Source: Amoebophrya sp. A120 (taxonomy: Eukaryota; Protista; Dinoflagellata). Taken from it: DNA of 64,000 nucleotides. The notes under the pieces were generated by a model. The model saw nothing but the letters and a program-made list of their open reading frames with translations. It was not told the origin of the DNA and did no database searches. Positions 23,482 through 35,271 of this stretch are shown piece after piece (the first letter of the stretch is position 1; every line of letters begins with the position of its first letter). The position numbers were made by a program, and so were the translations under genes. The DNA lies in NCBI GenBank assembly GCA_905178155.1, contig CAJINV010000011.1, positions 1,633,216 through 1,697,215 of the forward strand, read 5' to 3'.

Positions 23482-26181
23482 ATGAGGAAGTTTGCAACAA
23501 AGATCGCCTACCTCGGGGCAGCCACCGTAGCTGCGTCGGCGGGCTACACAGCGTTTGGTACGAAGGTAACGGGTGGTCCCCCGGGGACGACCGCTACGGG
23601 TCGCGCCGGAGGTTCATCTAGCAGTTCGAATTCAGCGTCAGCACCAGCAGCAGCGCAGAGGGACAGCGAACCGAACCGGACGCAATGGCTGCAACGCCGG
23701 GCCGGTTACAATCTTGCTTCCACCTCACCGCTTCACACCCTCCTGAGTGACGTCCGTGTCAAGCTGGAGCAAGAAGCGCAGCAGGAAAGAGACACACGAC
23801 GACATGTTGCTCCTGAGGCGGAGATGATGCCATCTCGCAGTGAAACGACGACTGGCCGCAACGGAAGAAGCACTGCTTCATCGTCCGGCGTGGCAGCATC
23901 GTCGCACGCAGCTGGACCGGGAATTGTACCAGCTGTTGCTGCCTCCAGCGCTGCTGGAACAACAAACACAGGCTTGATGAAGGAGGAACAGGCCGAGAAT
24001 CTTCGGGAGCAAGCTGCTGCAGCATTGGGAGGTCAAAACGAAAACACAGCTCTACTAGCTGTTGTCCCTACTAAAAGATGAATGCTGTGTTTTGAGCCAA
24101 GAACCTCCTCCTTTTTCCTAAGCGAAAACTTTAAAACATGAAACAGAAATTTGAGCTTCTGCTATCAAATCCAAGCAGGAGCAGGTCTTGTTCATCAAGC
24201 TGCTCCAGGAAAAATGCATGCAAAATTGAACTTCTTCGCTTTCTTCAGGTCACCAGCAAGGAGACCACCTCGAGCAGCATGTACAGCCTGCAGGAACTAC
24301 AGCAGTTCCCTTTCTCCCTTTCCCCTACCCGGGCATCGACGGGCTGCCGCTTAAGGCCGAAGACGAGGAGGAAAACGACTTACCCATGCCCGCTTCGCAA
24401 GCCGCTAGCCTGAGCCTGCCAAACAGCCAGGAAGACCCGCAAGACGTCGCTTTGCCACTGGAAGAAGTCGCGCCGGCGGGAAAACCTCCGAAGCTGGGAG
24501 ACATGCCTGGTATGGTTTTGATTTACTCGTTCTGGGAGCACCTTAGCTTGTGCTTGCGTTTCACGTTAATTATGTGGTCAAAGATATCATCAACTACGAG
24601 AATAAACTTTCCAAAATCCTAAAAGGCCTAGACGAGAACGGCGAGTGCTGGGTGGACGGCAGTCGCAACAACCGGTACCTGGTCAAGCGGATGACAATCA
24701 AACAGTACTCCCACTTATACCAGTCGGACCCCCGGTTCCGCTCAGATTCCCCCAACGAGATCTACTACTGCAGCTGCCCTGCCTGGAAATTTAAGAAAGT
24801 CAGCTACTACGACAAGGAATGCAAACACATTCGCGCACTGGTACGATTATTAATTGGAAGTATTGACATCGAGCTCGAAAAACTCCTTTCAAATTGCAGT
24901 ATGATGTCCGCGATCCGAAACTCTCAACATGCACTCAATTCTACTTCGGGAACTATGTGGTTCTGGTTGCTCTTGCTGCAGGTCTGCAATTTTCTTTTTC
25001 AAATGTCGCGCATCAAATTCTTACGGATCATTCAATAAATACAGCTCGGCCTTTCCACGGAAGAGGACGATGCCCGAACCGCGTCGCGCTCCCGATCTCG
25101 CAGTGCCTCGGCTGCTTCCTCCACTACCAGTCGCGGGGGCCGAAAGGGTCGTGGACGGGGAGCTGGAGCGGCAGCGGCAGCAGGACCGGCTGCATCCGGA
25201 ATAAATCAGGATAGCACGACAACAGGAGCACGTGGGCGTGGTTCTACTTCCGGTGCCGCGCAGAATAATGCGAAAAACGGAGGTGGCAAGGGCGGCGCGG
25301 GAGGCCGAGGCAAAGGCCGAGGCGGGGGAAGTACAAGTAGTACGACGACTGGAGGAGCAGGTGCTGCAGCTTCGAGTACTAGTAGCAATGCAGTCGTTCC
25401 TGCTGCGAGTAGCTCCGCAGCGGCGTCTTCATCTACTGGTGCAGTTCCTACAACAAGTTCCGCAGCCACTCGTACAGCTGCGACCAAGAACGTCCACCTC
25501 AGCGCACGATGGCGCGACGAAGAGCAGCACATTGCCAAGGCTCCTGTAGTCGTCGCTCCTTCTGCAGCGACGGGAGCAGCAGCTGGTGCCTCCTCTTCCT
25601 CATCTTCTCAGTGGCACCCGAACCTGTTGATGCGACGAGCGGAGCGACAGCAGGATGAAATCGAGTCAACACCCCCTAGTACTTCTCGAGGAAACCAAGC
25701 TGAATGGAGGAGAAATCCATCAGGACATCAACCAGGTCGTGAAACACGACAGACCAGCCGGAGCAGGAGCAACGCACGATCCTCAAGCGATCGGGGGACT
25801 ACGACTACCGCAACTGCGAAAGCCCGACCTACCGCTCAATACAGTGGGGGTGTTAACAAAGGCAAGGGAAAGGGAAAGGCAGTGGAACACCGGGTACGCA
25901 GCCCCGGTGCAGCCAGTGAAGGGTTACCAGGATTTGGAAATCAGCAGGCAGAGGAACAACAATTACGCGGTGTCGTCCGCAGCCTCGGTACAACTAGCAT
26001 TTCCGGCGCAACAGTAACAGAACCTCCAACGCCTGGATCGTCGCAGGAGACAAAGGTCGAAACGACAACAACCCGTAGTATTCCTGCAAGCAGTGGACGA
26101 GGTCGCGGAGGCGGGCGGGGCGGTGCCGGACGAGGCGGTGGTGCTGGAGGGGCAGGCTCGTCCTCCGGAGTGGCGCAATGA
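23482..26181 (+). CDS. SWIM zinc-finger protein with G/R/S-rich disordered tail, ~720 aa (introns 24032-24248, 24510-24625, 24841-25044)
   Basis: YYCSCPAWKF...ECKHIRAL (CxC...CxH); GT-AG introns give a continuous frame of 2163 nt. Confidence 0.7.
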
Positions 26182-27072
26182 TGAAGAAAGCAGTCAAAAT
26201 ATCGCCGGCGAATGAATGTCTTTACTTCTGAATCTGATGAATATAGGTCAGCCTTTTCGTTTTTGTCGTTGCCCATTAAATTTGGAAATACTTCTGCTCG
26301 TACCGTACTAGATTCGACGATTTGGAGACTTTCGTGCAAATAGACATGATGATGATACGCAATTATAGTAAACCTGTTCCAGCCCTCCATGACAAGATCC
26401 CGGGAAAGAGCTGTAGAGCAAGAGATTTTTGATCTTTTGGAAACGTTAGCTATTTGCCGGCGAAGAAGATTTTTCTTTGCATTTCCACCACTTCATTCTT
26501 CACCGTATATGATTACATCATGATGCCGTTCCTGTCTCGAAGATTTTATCTTGAAGCCGCAGAGGCAAGAAGCCTGCTTGTCGTAAAGTAGTTTTTGAAT
26601 TCTGTCATAGCAATGAAGACCTACTAATCTTGTTTTTTGAGGATCAAATTGAACCACAGCCAGAATCAAAGCAATGATTCGTAGAAGACTTGAAAAGCCT
26701 AGTAAAGGTGGAACGAAACGAAGAATCAATACCCGTTACCACGCTACGGACTGTGTCACGCCATTTGTGTTTTGATGAAAAGGATACCAAACTGCTGCGC
26801 GCAAACAAAACAACGTGCGCGTGCATCTGGTGACGGTATTGCAGGGCGTTGGTTCCTTCTTCGTTCTTCCCCTACAGACCACAGCTCGAGCTTGGTTCTA
26901 CTCGTAGGCGGTGTTCATATTACTTACAGCATGACGATCTTACTGTGTAGATGCGGTACTAGTACTAGCTCCCATTATCAGCGTCGTGGAGAGATCGTCC
27001 CAAGCGTAAAAAGACGGTCACATTATACCTGCCTACCCATACTTGTTTTGTGCCCTTGATAACTTGTTCAGG

Positions 27073-29904
27073 ATGCTGCGAGGAGACCCCCGCGAAGACA
27101 CATCAGCCAACGGCTACGGCAATGCCAGCAACGCTTTGTCATCAGCCTGGGGCGGCTACATTTCCTTGCTCGACTACCAGAACTCGGTGAACACGAACGC
27201 TCGGAGCAAGCCGCCTTTGATCGATCGCATTTACGCCATCGTCGGGGCGTACTCGCAGCTCGGGCTGGGGCTCCGCATCAACGAGCAGCCGGCATCTGAG
27301 GCAGCGACAGGAACCGCGAGTGCATCAGCATCAGCAGGACTAGCAGCTTTTCCAGCACAACAAAGGTGGCAAAGATCGCAACCTAGTGGTGCACAGCAGC
27401 CTGGCAGCTCCACCTACAAGGAAAACTACCAAGACCCTACATTCGCGGGCTACGGTGGCGCGTCTTCCCGGAAAGGCCGGCTGAACCCGTACCGAATTCG
27501 ATCCTTGTTCTGCAGCGGGAAGGAAAAATGGGTCCGGCAGAGCGAATTTCGCGAATTACTCCTCCTCGCGTCCAGTCTGCCGGGCGTGACGATCGTTCAG
27601 CTGACCACCTCGGTCGCGGCCGTGCACGCGGGGCTTCTGGGTGCGGTCACGGGACTGGCCTTGCTGGTCTTGCCAGTCGCCTTGTTGAACGCGGTGTTGG
27701 GTGCGGTTTTGAGCAGCATTTTGGTGTTTCCGTTGGAAAGAACCGGGCCGCTGTTTGCACCTGGCGCTGGTGTTGGTTTTCACAACAATCATGTGGGCGA
27801 TCAATATCAACACCCAGGATCATCATCTGTGACTAATCTTCATCCCAATAGCACAGTGAGTCGCACTGTAGAAGCTGCGCCTCCTCTTATGGCCGCGCAC
27901 AATGCAACGTCGACTGGTTCTTTCGGCGTGGTCCATAGTGCAACATCACCATCAATATTACACACGGACAGTGCAGAAGCGCGCGGGTCTTCCAGTTCAA
28001 TAGCTCCACCCATGCTGCCTGGAACGGTGGTGCAGCAGCTGCACAACTTCACAGCCAGCTCTATCGCAGGAGCAGGCACAACTTCTGCATCTTCGACGGA
28101 CCACGCGACCCACTCCAGTATAAATCACGACCGCTTGCGGGATGTGTATTTCAGTATTTTCGTGCACGCCAGCTTCGTTTGCTTCGGCGGCATCGCTTTG
28201 GAGAAGGCCGCGATTTTGCGAAACACATTCGCGAAACAACCGGAAAACCGGTTGCCGCTTCTGCTCGGTTTCATCTTCGTCATGCTCCTCGGCGATCTCT
28301 CCTGGGCGCCGCCTTTGCGGCTATTCGTCATCCCCATTGCGTTGCTACTGGTGTACAGCGACAGCCTGGATTCCTTCTTTCAGTTCGTTCCGTGGCGCGG
28401 CGGCGGTTCTGGACTGGATGGTACTAGTGGTGCGGAGAAATCTTCCTCTTCTTCAAGATCTGCACATAAAAATGCGCGGAACAACAAACGTAGAGCAGGC
28501 GATGGTGAGGAGCATAACGTCGATCCTCGTGGATGTAGTGGTCTAGGAGATACCACCTACAACCCGAATTACAATTCCCATTGGGACATAACCCCGGGCG
28601 ATTTATACTACACCTCGACAGACAGCAGAGCAGCTCGACAGGTCGACTCTAAAAATGGAACCGAAGATCTTCATGCTAGGCGGCCAGACAACCACCCACG
28701 GTTGGACTTGCGTATCGATGATGACATGTCCGTTCCACCTCGGGAGGAGAGACAAAGAACTGAAACGCAACCGGCAAGAAACCCAGCAGCGAACAACTCT
28801 CCAGATGGTGCAATTCAGCATCAGCACTCCCCGACCTCGCCTACTTCTTCCCCAACTTTTGGATACGTTTCTCTCTTCGCTGAGCAGCAAGAACAAACGA
28901 ATATGAATCTACTGCGAGGTCGTGGTAGGAATAACATCAACACGTACTACGCCAACGGGCAACATCAAGAAGATTTGAATATGATCGTCCAAGAGCCGTC
29001 GGACGAGCAGCTGATTTTAGATGCCGACCGAGATCAGCTGGTCCAGTATGGGGAGCCGTCCGGCTACGTTCTCTTCTCCGTCGCGGGTTTACTGTTCGTG
29101 CTATCCTGGTTTTTCTGGTTCTCCGACTCCCTCGCGTGCTATGGATCCCACCTGCGGGCCGGGTTCACGCTGTTCGGGTTCGGCACGTGGATCGAGGCGG
29201 TGCCGCTGCTGGAGTGCGAAAATCTCGTGCCGAAGCACATTTTTTTGTTGGGTCTAGTCGTCGCGCGCGTCCTTCCCGCCCCGAGCTCCCGACTCGGCGC
29301 GATGAGCGCCGCGGCGTTTGCACAGAGCTACTTGGACTACAAGGTGCACAAATTACTGCCCCAGGCCATTTTCCGCGGGGTTGCCGCGGCCTGCTGTTTC
29401 GTCGTGCCGGGCGTTTTGCTGATGTGGGGTTGCCTGCCCTTCTGGACCCAGACGCGGGAGGTTTTGACCGCTTTGCGGCCGAAAATCGCGAAACTGCACA
29501 GCTGCATGGCGGGTCTGGTCGCGGGGGCCACGACGCTTTTGATGTTGCAGGCCATCAACCGCGCCGACGACTTTCCCGCCAGTTTCAAGGCAGCACTGAT
29601 CATCGTGCTTGCTGGGGTCCGGTTTTGGGTCGAAAACGTCAAGGAATGGCAGATCCTGCTCTTCGGCGGCGCTAGTGGGTTGTTGTGGCATTTTGTCGTG
29701 AGCTCCTTCCACCTGTCGGCCGGTGGTACGTCGGCGGCGACGTATGGTGAAGCTGCAGTGCCGGGGGCTGGAAATAATTTTCATCATGGATATGGAAGAA
29801 GCACTTCTACAACTGGTGGCCATGCTGTGGTTTTTTCAACAAACGATGTGGTGTCATCTGGTGCTGCTCTTCTTGTTCATTCCGGGATTTCTCTAAGAAC
29901 ATGA
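27073..29904 (+). CDS. Polytopic membrane protein of unknown function, apparently intronless
   Basis: ~940 aa ORF with many hydrophobic helices separated by low-complexity loops; 5' end uncertain. Confidence 0.7.
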   Translation: MLRGDPREDTSANGYGNASNALSSAWGGYISLLDYQNSVNTNARSKPPLIDRIYAIVGAYSQLGLGLRINEQPASEAATGTASASASAGLAAFPAQQRWQRSQPSGAQQPGSSTYKENYQDPTFAGYGGASSRKGRLNPYRIRSLFCSGKEKWVRQSEFRELLLLASSLPGVTIVQLTTSVAAVHAGLLGAVTGLALLVLPVALLNAVLGAVLSSILVFPLERTGPLFAPGAGVGFHNNHVGDQYQHPGSSSVTNLHPNSTVSRTVEAAPPLMAAHNATSTGSFGVVHSATSPSILHTDSAEARGSSSSIAPPMLPGTVVQQLHNFTASSIAGAGTTSASSTDHATHSSINHDRLRDVYFSIFVHASFVCFGGIALEKAAILRNTFAKQPENRLPLLLGFIFVMLLGDLSWAPPLRLFVIPIALLLVYSDSLDSFFQFVPWRGGGSGLDGTSGAEKSSSSSRSAHKNARNNKRRAGDGEEHNVDPRGCSGLGDTTYNPNYNSHWDITPGDLYYTSTDSRAARQVDSKNGTEDLHARRPDNHPRLDLRIDDDMSVPPREERQRTETQPARNPAANNSPDGAIQHQHSPTSPTSSPTFGYVSLFAEQQEQTNMNLLRGRGRNNINTYYANGQHQEDLNMIVQEPSDEQLILDADRDQLVQYGEPSGYVLFSVAGLLFVLSWFFWFSDSLACYGSHLRAGFTLFGFGTWIEAVPLLECENLVPKHIFLLGLVVARVLPAPSSRLGAMSAAAFAQSYLDYKVHKLLPQAIFRGVAAACCFVVPGVLLMWGCLPFWTQTREVLTALRPKIAKLHSCMAGLVAGATTLLMLQAINRADDFPASFKAALIIVLAGVRFWVENVKEWQILLFGGASGLLWHFVVSSFHLSAGGTSAATYGEAAVPGAGNNFHHGYGRSTSTTGGHAVVFSTNDVVSSGAALLVHSGISLRT

Positions 29905-30340
29905 AAACAAATGTGATGATCTCTAAGTGGGACGAAATCAGCAGGCAGTTGTACCTAGTAGGCCTGTCCGAAAGGGTCGAAACACGACTCTCAGATAGGA
30001 AATTGCACTTGATCATTGTGCGTCGACGACCCTAAGTTGTGCTTGAAGCCAGCAGGAGGACAGCCGCAACGGTGTTCTTCCCAACAAAAGTACTTAGTTG
30101 TTTACTGTGTTTCGGCAAGGCAGAAACAGGCTTACCGGTCCCGCCCCTCGGGGGCGGCAACCTGCCTCTTCCGTGAAAGTACAGTCGGACTCGGCAACTG
30201 TGAAAAAGAACTACGTAACGTAGGAGAAGCCGTGTGCTGACAATGTTCGTCAAGCTGCTTTCCGTTTCGTCTACATAGAACTAGAAGTGCTTTTCTAGTT
30301 CTTCACTGCTACAATCATAAAAACGCGTTAAAGAAACAAC

Positions 30341-32644
30341 ATGGAACAAAACCAAGACCAGAGTTTTCGCTCTGCCGTTGCTGGTGTGATCGGCTCGCAA
30401 CTGGCACTGGTGTTGCTTTATCCCATTGACCAGCTGCGGCTGTACGCGCAACTGAACAATGGGGAAGAGGAGAAGAAGAAGATTCCATTTTCCGACTTCT
30501 ACGCCGGCTTGATTCCCATGATGCAGTCCAGCGCGATTTCGAACTTCGTGTACTTCTACACGTACGTTTATTGTAGGAATTGTGTGAAGAGGATAACAAC
30601 AAGCAGCTCCTCGTCTGGGCGGAATAATGAAAAATCGCGGATCTCTCAACATCTCTTCGGCGGGAACAAGATTACAGCACAGAACCTTCTCAAATCCGTT
30701 CCCCCAGCGGTCCGGGACCTGGTCGCGGCGACCATAGCGGGCGTCGTGAACGTGATCTTGACTGCGCCTCTGTGGCGAGCGAATAGTCAGTTCAGAGTGC
30801 AGAGGTACTTGGCGGAGGGGAAAGAGAAGAGTGAAAAAGAAGCAGGAGAACACAGTGCTGCTGCAAGTAGGACAGATAGAGATACAACCGGGAAGGCAAA
30901 GGAAGATAGCAAGGCCAGCACCAGTGCGTCGCCGTCCTCCCCAAGGTACGAATTCTACAACGCCAGCCCCATTCGAACGCAGTCGATGGAAGAGGACGAT
31001 ATTAAGGGACCACGAGGTGGTCAACACGGTCGGCAGACAAAGCAAAGCCAAACAAGCTCCTGCGACAAAACATCTAGCTTAACTAGTGGCATCAACAGCA
31101 GCTTCAGCTGCAAAAATGCCAGACACATCTCCAAGTTTCTGTATCACGAATCAACCCGTCTCTTTGTCAAAGTCTACAAAATCGCACGGACGAACCCGGC
31201 CGATCTCACCGCGGGAGTTTCCGCCAGTTTGCTGCTGGTTCTGAATCCGGTTTTGCAGTTCGTTCTGTACGACTGGCTGAAAAGGAGAGCGACAACGTTA
31301 CTGGTGTTTAATCGGGAGAAATTGAGTCTCGTGGTAGAGTCCGTGTTTTTCTTCCTCGCACTAAGCCGGAACAAAAGCAATAAAACCCCCGCGGTTCATC
31401 AGAATCCTGCCGGAACATCTTCTTCTAAGGAGCTGTTACCACAAGTGTTACAGCCCCCTTCAACAACAACCTCCCTCCAGGACGACCACGACGAAGATGA
31501 CGATCTGTTCCCCTCCAAACTTCTCCGGTGGTTCGCGGATGACGGGCGGTTTTTCGTTATGGGGCTGATCGTATGGATTGCAAATATGTCTGGGTCTGGA
31601 AGGTTGCAACTTGCCATGCTAATTCTGGATCATGCAAAAATCTGTGTTGCATGAGTGCCAAAAGCTGTCCACTTTTGACCTAACCGAGATACAGTTTCTC
31701 ATGCAGGATAGGCATGATAGAACTCGTCTCACAGAGTCTGTCATGCTATGTCATACATGACAGACCTCATGTTGGGTCATGGAGAATCTGCATGACAAGT
31801 CTGGCATGCTGGTGTCCTGGTTGGGCTTTCTATATGTGTCGTGAGTAGGAATTGTTGGCGTTGTTGGTGAAAGTGTGAGGCAAAAAAGTTGGTATAGTTG
31901 GCGAGTTGGTATAGTGGCCGGGAGATGATGGCGATGGCATTTCGGTGTCCGCCTGACCCACCTTCCCTGCGTGACAGCCATCTGCGGCCGTTTGCACAGG
32001 AGGAGGCAAAGTGTGCCGCACTTCTGTTTAGCATGACAAGTCTGGCACTCTTCCAGAGGACCCAGACATTTTTACATTTGATAGATCGCGAAGGTCATCG
32101 CTACGCTGACGACCTACCCCCTGCAGGTCGTGCAGTCGCGCGTGCGCGTCTTGCAGGGCACGGCGAAAATGTTAAGGGAGAACAAGGCGGAAGATGAAAC
32201 AGAAGGTCATGGTGGAACAAGCAGTGGCACAACCAGTCCAACAAAATCTTCAAAACGAACTGCCGCTTCACCACCACCACCTCCAACGTCCGTCACCTCG
32301 TGTCTAATCCAGCTGTACAAAGACCACGGCTTCAAGGCGCTTTATGCCGGGATGGACAAGAAGCTACTGCACAGTGCGCTCAATTCCGCGTTTTTATTCT
32401 TCTTCTACGGTATCCTGTGCAAAAGTATCGTACTCGTACTACTACTAATTGCATTTATGCATTACAAATCTGTTTCCTAAGGCAAATCTGCATTACAAAT
32501 TTAATTTGTAATGCTGAGCAAATTTGTAATGCAATTTCAATTAATACTACTAGTACGATACTTTTGCATTTCATATACGAAAAAATAAAACGGAGGTTGC
32601 TGGTACAGCACCAGCAGCCGGTCTTGGGAAGTGCCGTGAAGTAG
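30341..32644 (+). CDS. Mitochondrial carrier family protein, peroxisomal SLC25A17/PMP34/Ant1-like, ~538 aa, 2 introners
   Basis: YPIDQLR, SNFVYFYTY, TAPLW, LLLVLNPVLQFVLYDWLK, IAKVIATLTTYPLQVVQSR, FFFYEKIK; spliced length 1617 nt. Confidence 0.9.
31572..32083. mobile_element. Introner family A, enlarged (512 nt), reverse orientation
   Basis: GATCG DR; family A TIR; internal 17-nt direct repeat at 31790 and 32031. Confidence 0.9.
32411..32575. mobile_element. Introner family B
   Basis: TACGG/TACGA DR; TGCAAAAGTATCGTACT / AGTACGATACTTTTGCA. Confidence 0.92.
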
Positions 32645-33492
32645 TTCTACTTGTTTGTGAAGATGATTTAAAAATTCAACCATACGGACCGAAGCATGAT
32701 GCACATTTTTGTCAAAAAAAATGCAGAAAATGCAATTTCCTCATCGATGTTGATGTCTTCATGTCGAATTGGTAAAGACGATTTTCTTCATGTCTTGAAA
32801 TCAGTGAATCTCAAAAACAGATGCACGCGCCGCAACAGTTTGAGAATAGTGATTTGAATCCGAGTGACAGCAGCTGTATATTGCGAAGATCTTCAAGGTT
32901 TTAGAAATGTTGTTTTAAACATTGCAAACGCAGCTGAATACCACCACATCTTCAATCGACGCAAATACAAATGGACGAAATCCTAGAAAAATTGCCAGCA
33001 TCGTCATGTTCTCTTCCTTCCTGTTCCGCTCGAATGCAGAACAAAATTGCGATCACAAAGACAAAGAAACGGACGAACGTGAAGAATTCCAATTCGAAAG
33101 CTCAAGAAATCCATGACGGGTGGTCCTCGTTTTCGTCATGTTTCATGCAGATGCCCCTTGTTCTTGTTCTACTACAACTCATTTCTCTGTGTCCTGCTTG
33201 CTCATGCAGTACGCACTTATCTTGTTCATGACCAAAACCACATGTAAATGGAATCAGTGTGGCCAGGAAACAATAGATGGCGCACCTGAAGCACCTGAGG
33301 ACCATAGCGGCTAAATCTTGATAGCATTAGCAAGTGTGGTATAGGACAAAAATTTTCTTCAGTGGTGAATTATTGTTCGACACAAGTTGTCGTCGTAGCT
33401 ATTCCCCTGCTATACGGAAGATTCAGGTCCTCGTATACTAGTTTGGGTTTCATAAAATTGCAAATAATTTCATGCAACAAGAATTGTAGAAA

Positions 33493-35271
33493 ATGGGCGC
33501 ACGCGACGGAGACAGGCGGTGGGACATGGGCCCAGGAGCACGCGACAGTGGCAGTGACCGCTATAATAACAAACCGAGTCCACCACCGCCCCCACCCCCG
33601 CCCGGAATGCCCCCAATGCGCGACGGTGCAGACAGGAGGTGGGATATCATGGGCCCAGGAGCACGCGAGAGTCCACCACCACCGCCCCCGCCGCCGCCCC
33701 CTGTGGGTTCGCCCCCTCCAGGTTTTCCCCCGCCGGGTTTTCCAGTACCTAATTTCGAATTGAGCACGTCGTCCTTGATGGCGGGCAGTTCCAGACCGGC
33801 GGGGGGGAATAACAGTAATTCCCTTTTCGAGGGGCGTGAACGCGACGGACCTGCAGGCAGTAGCGCTGCGTATGGTAATCCTAATCAAATTCCCCTTCGC
33901 AGCAACCACACCGACCGACGTGATCCTGGTAATCCGAACCACATTCCCATCGGCAACAATTTCCACAATGACTCTGGCCACCACCAAAGCCAAAGCTACA
34001 ACTCGGGAACAGTGGGTCGGAGATGCTGGAACAACGAAAGCAGTTTCAGTTCGGAGCGGAACGACAACAATCGTGCGGGTCAGCACGGACAACTACACGG
34101 AGGTGGTAGTACTTCTGGGTACTATGGCGATCGGGATCGCAATCCCAGAAATGACAGCCAGCATCAACATCACCCACCAGGCGGCGGTCGGATGGGGATG
34201 AACAATGACTACGATAGAAATTTCCAGCGTGGTAAAGGTAACTACCACAGCCAAGCGGATCGTAATAACCACATGGTTGACCACAGGAGCCAGACCCACA
34301 ACAACTTCGGTGGTCGGAACGATAAAGATCGGGGCGGAGCTGGGGGTCAAAAAGGCGGTGGTGGCTTTGCTTATGGCAACCGGGATCATGGCAACCGCGA
34401 TTATAGCAAGCGCGATGATCGACGAAATGACTATGACAGCCAGAAGCGCGATCATTTTTACAACAACAATTCGGGACGAGACGGTGGTCCTCGGGACAAC
34501 AATCACGAGCAGAATAGAAGATACAACAACTCAGATCGGAGTGACAATTACCACCACCAGCAACAACATGACAAAAACAACCAGAAGAAGGGCGGCGATC
34601 GGAGTGAAAAAGAAAATCTGAATGAAAATCAAAGCCAGTTGTACAGCAACTCTGTCAGTTTCTCGGACCTGAAAGGCATGAACAGTAATCAACGATACAG
34701 CCAGCAACACATGAATAACTACAACTACTCCTCGGGAGGTGGTCCCCGCCGGAACAACTACATGTCGAATCAGCACCACCGAAGTGCCTCGAATTTTTCG
34801 AGTCCGGCTGAGGACCTCCATCAAGGGGGTCCTGCTGCTTCTCATCCGCGCGAAGATGGCAGTCGCAGTCAACAACAAAGTTTGCACCAGCATAGCCGTA
34901 ACTACTCCAAGTCCAGTCACAGTCTGTCAGACCAGCGCGGCGTTCTTCCACCGCCTCCGGGAGTTGGGCAAAACTCTGTTCTCCCACCGCCTCGGGGAAA
35001 AATGAACAACGGGAGAAAGCCCTCCAATCCTGCGGTGCCGTTCCAACGCGAACGCAATGGCAATGCGGCGCCGTTCCAACGCGAACGCCAACGCGAGCGC
35101 ACGTTTCAGCAGCAACAGGAACAACATAGAAAACCCCAAGAACAAACCGCCCCTCAAGCACATCAAACCACTTCGAGACGACCCTTCCGCTTACCGCAAG
35201 TTGTACAACAGCCAGAAGCGGGAGCAGGTGGACCACAACCGAGCAGTAGTTATGTCTTCAACGGGCGTTAG
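33493..35271 (+). CDS. Pro/Asn/Arg/Gly-rich low-complexity ORF, probably the 5' part of the BRCT gene
   Basis: 592 aa ORF; its terminal peptide RRPFRLPQVVQQPEAG recurs at 36437 in frame with ORF 36551. Confidence 0.6.
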   Translation: MGARDGDRRWDMGPGARDSGSDRYNNKPSPPPPPPPPGMPPMRDGADRRWDIMGPGARESPPPPPPPPPPVGSPPPGFPPPGFPVPNFELSTSSLMAGSSRPAGGNNSNSLFEGRERDGPAGSSAAYGNPNQIPLRSNHTDRRDPGNPNHIPIGNNFHNDSGHHQSQSYNSGTVGRRCWNNESSFSSERNDNNRAGQHGQLHGGGSTSGYYGDRDRNPRNDSQHQHHPPGGGRMGMNNDYDRNFQRGKGNYHSQADRNNHMVDHRSQTHNNFGGRNDKDRGGAGGQKGGGGFAYGNRDHGNRDYSKRDDRRNDYDSQKRDHFYNNNSGRDGGPRDNNHEQNRRYNNSDRSDNYHHQQQHDKNNQKKGGDRSEKENLNENQSQLYSNSVSFSDLKGMNSNQRYSQQHMNNYNYSSGGGPRRNNYMSNQHHRSASNFSSPAEDLHQGGPAASHPREDGSRSQQQSLHQHSRNYSKSSHSLSDQRGVLPPPPGVGQNSVLPPPRGKMNNGRKPSNPAVPFQRERNGNAAPFQRERQRERTFQQQQEQHRKPQEQTAPQAHQTTSRRPFRLPQVVQQPEAGAGGPQPSSSYVFNGR

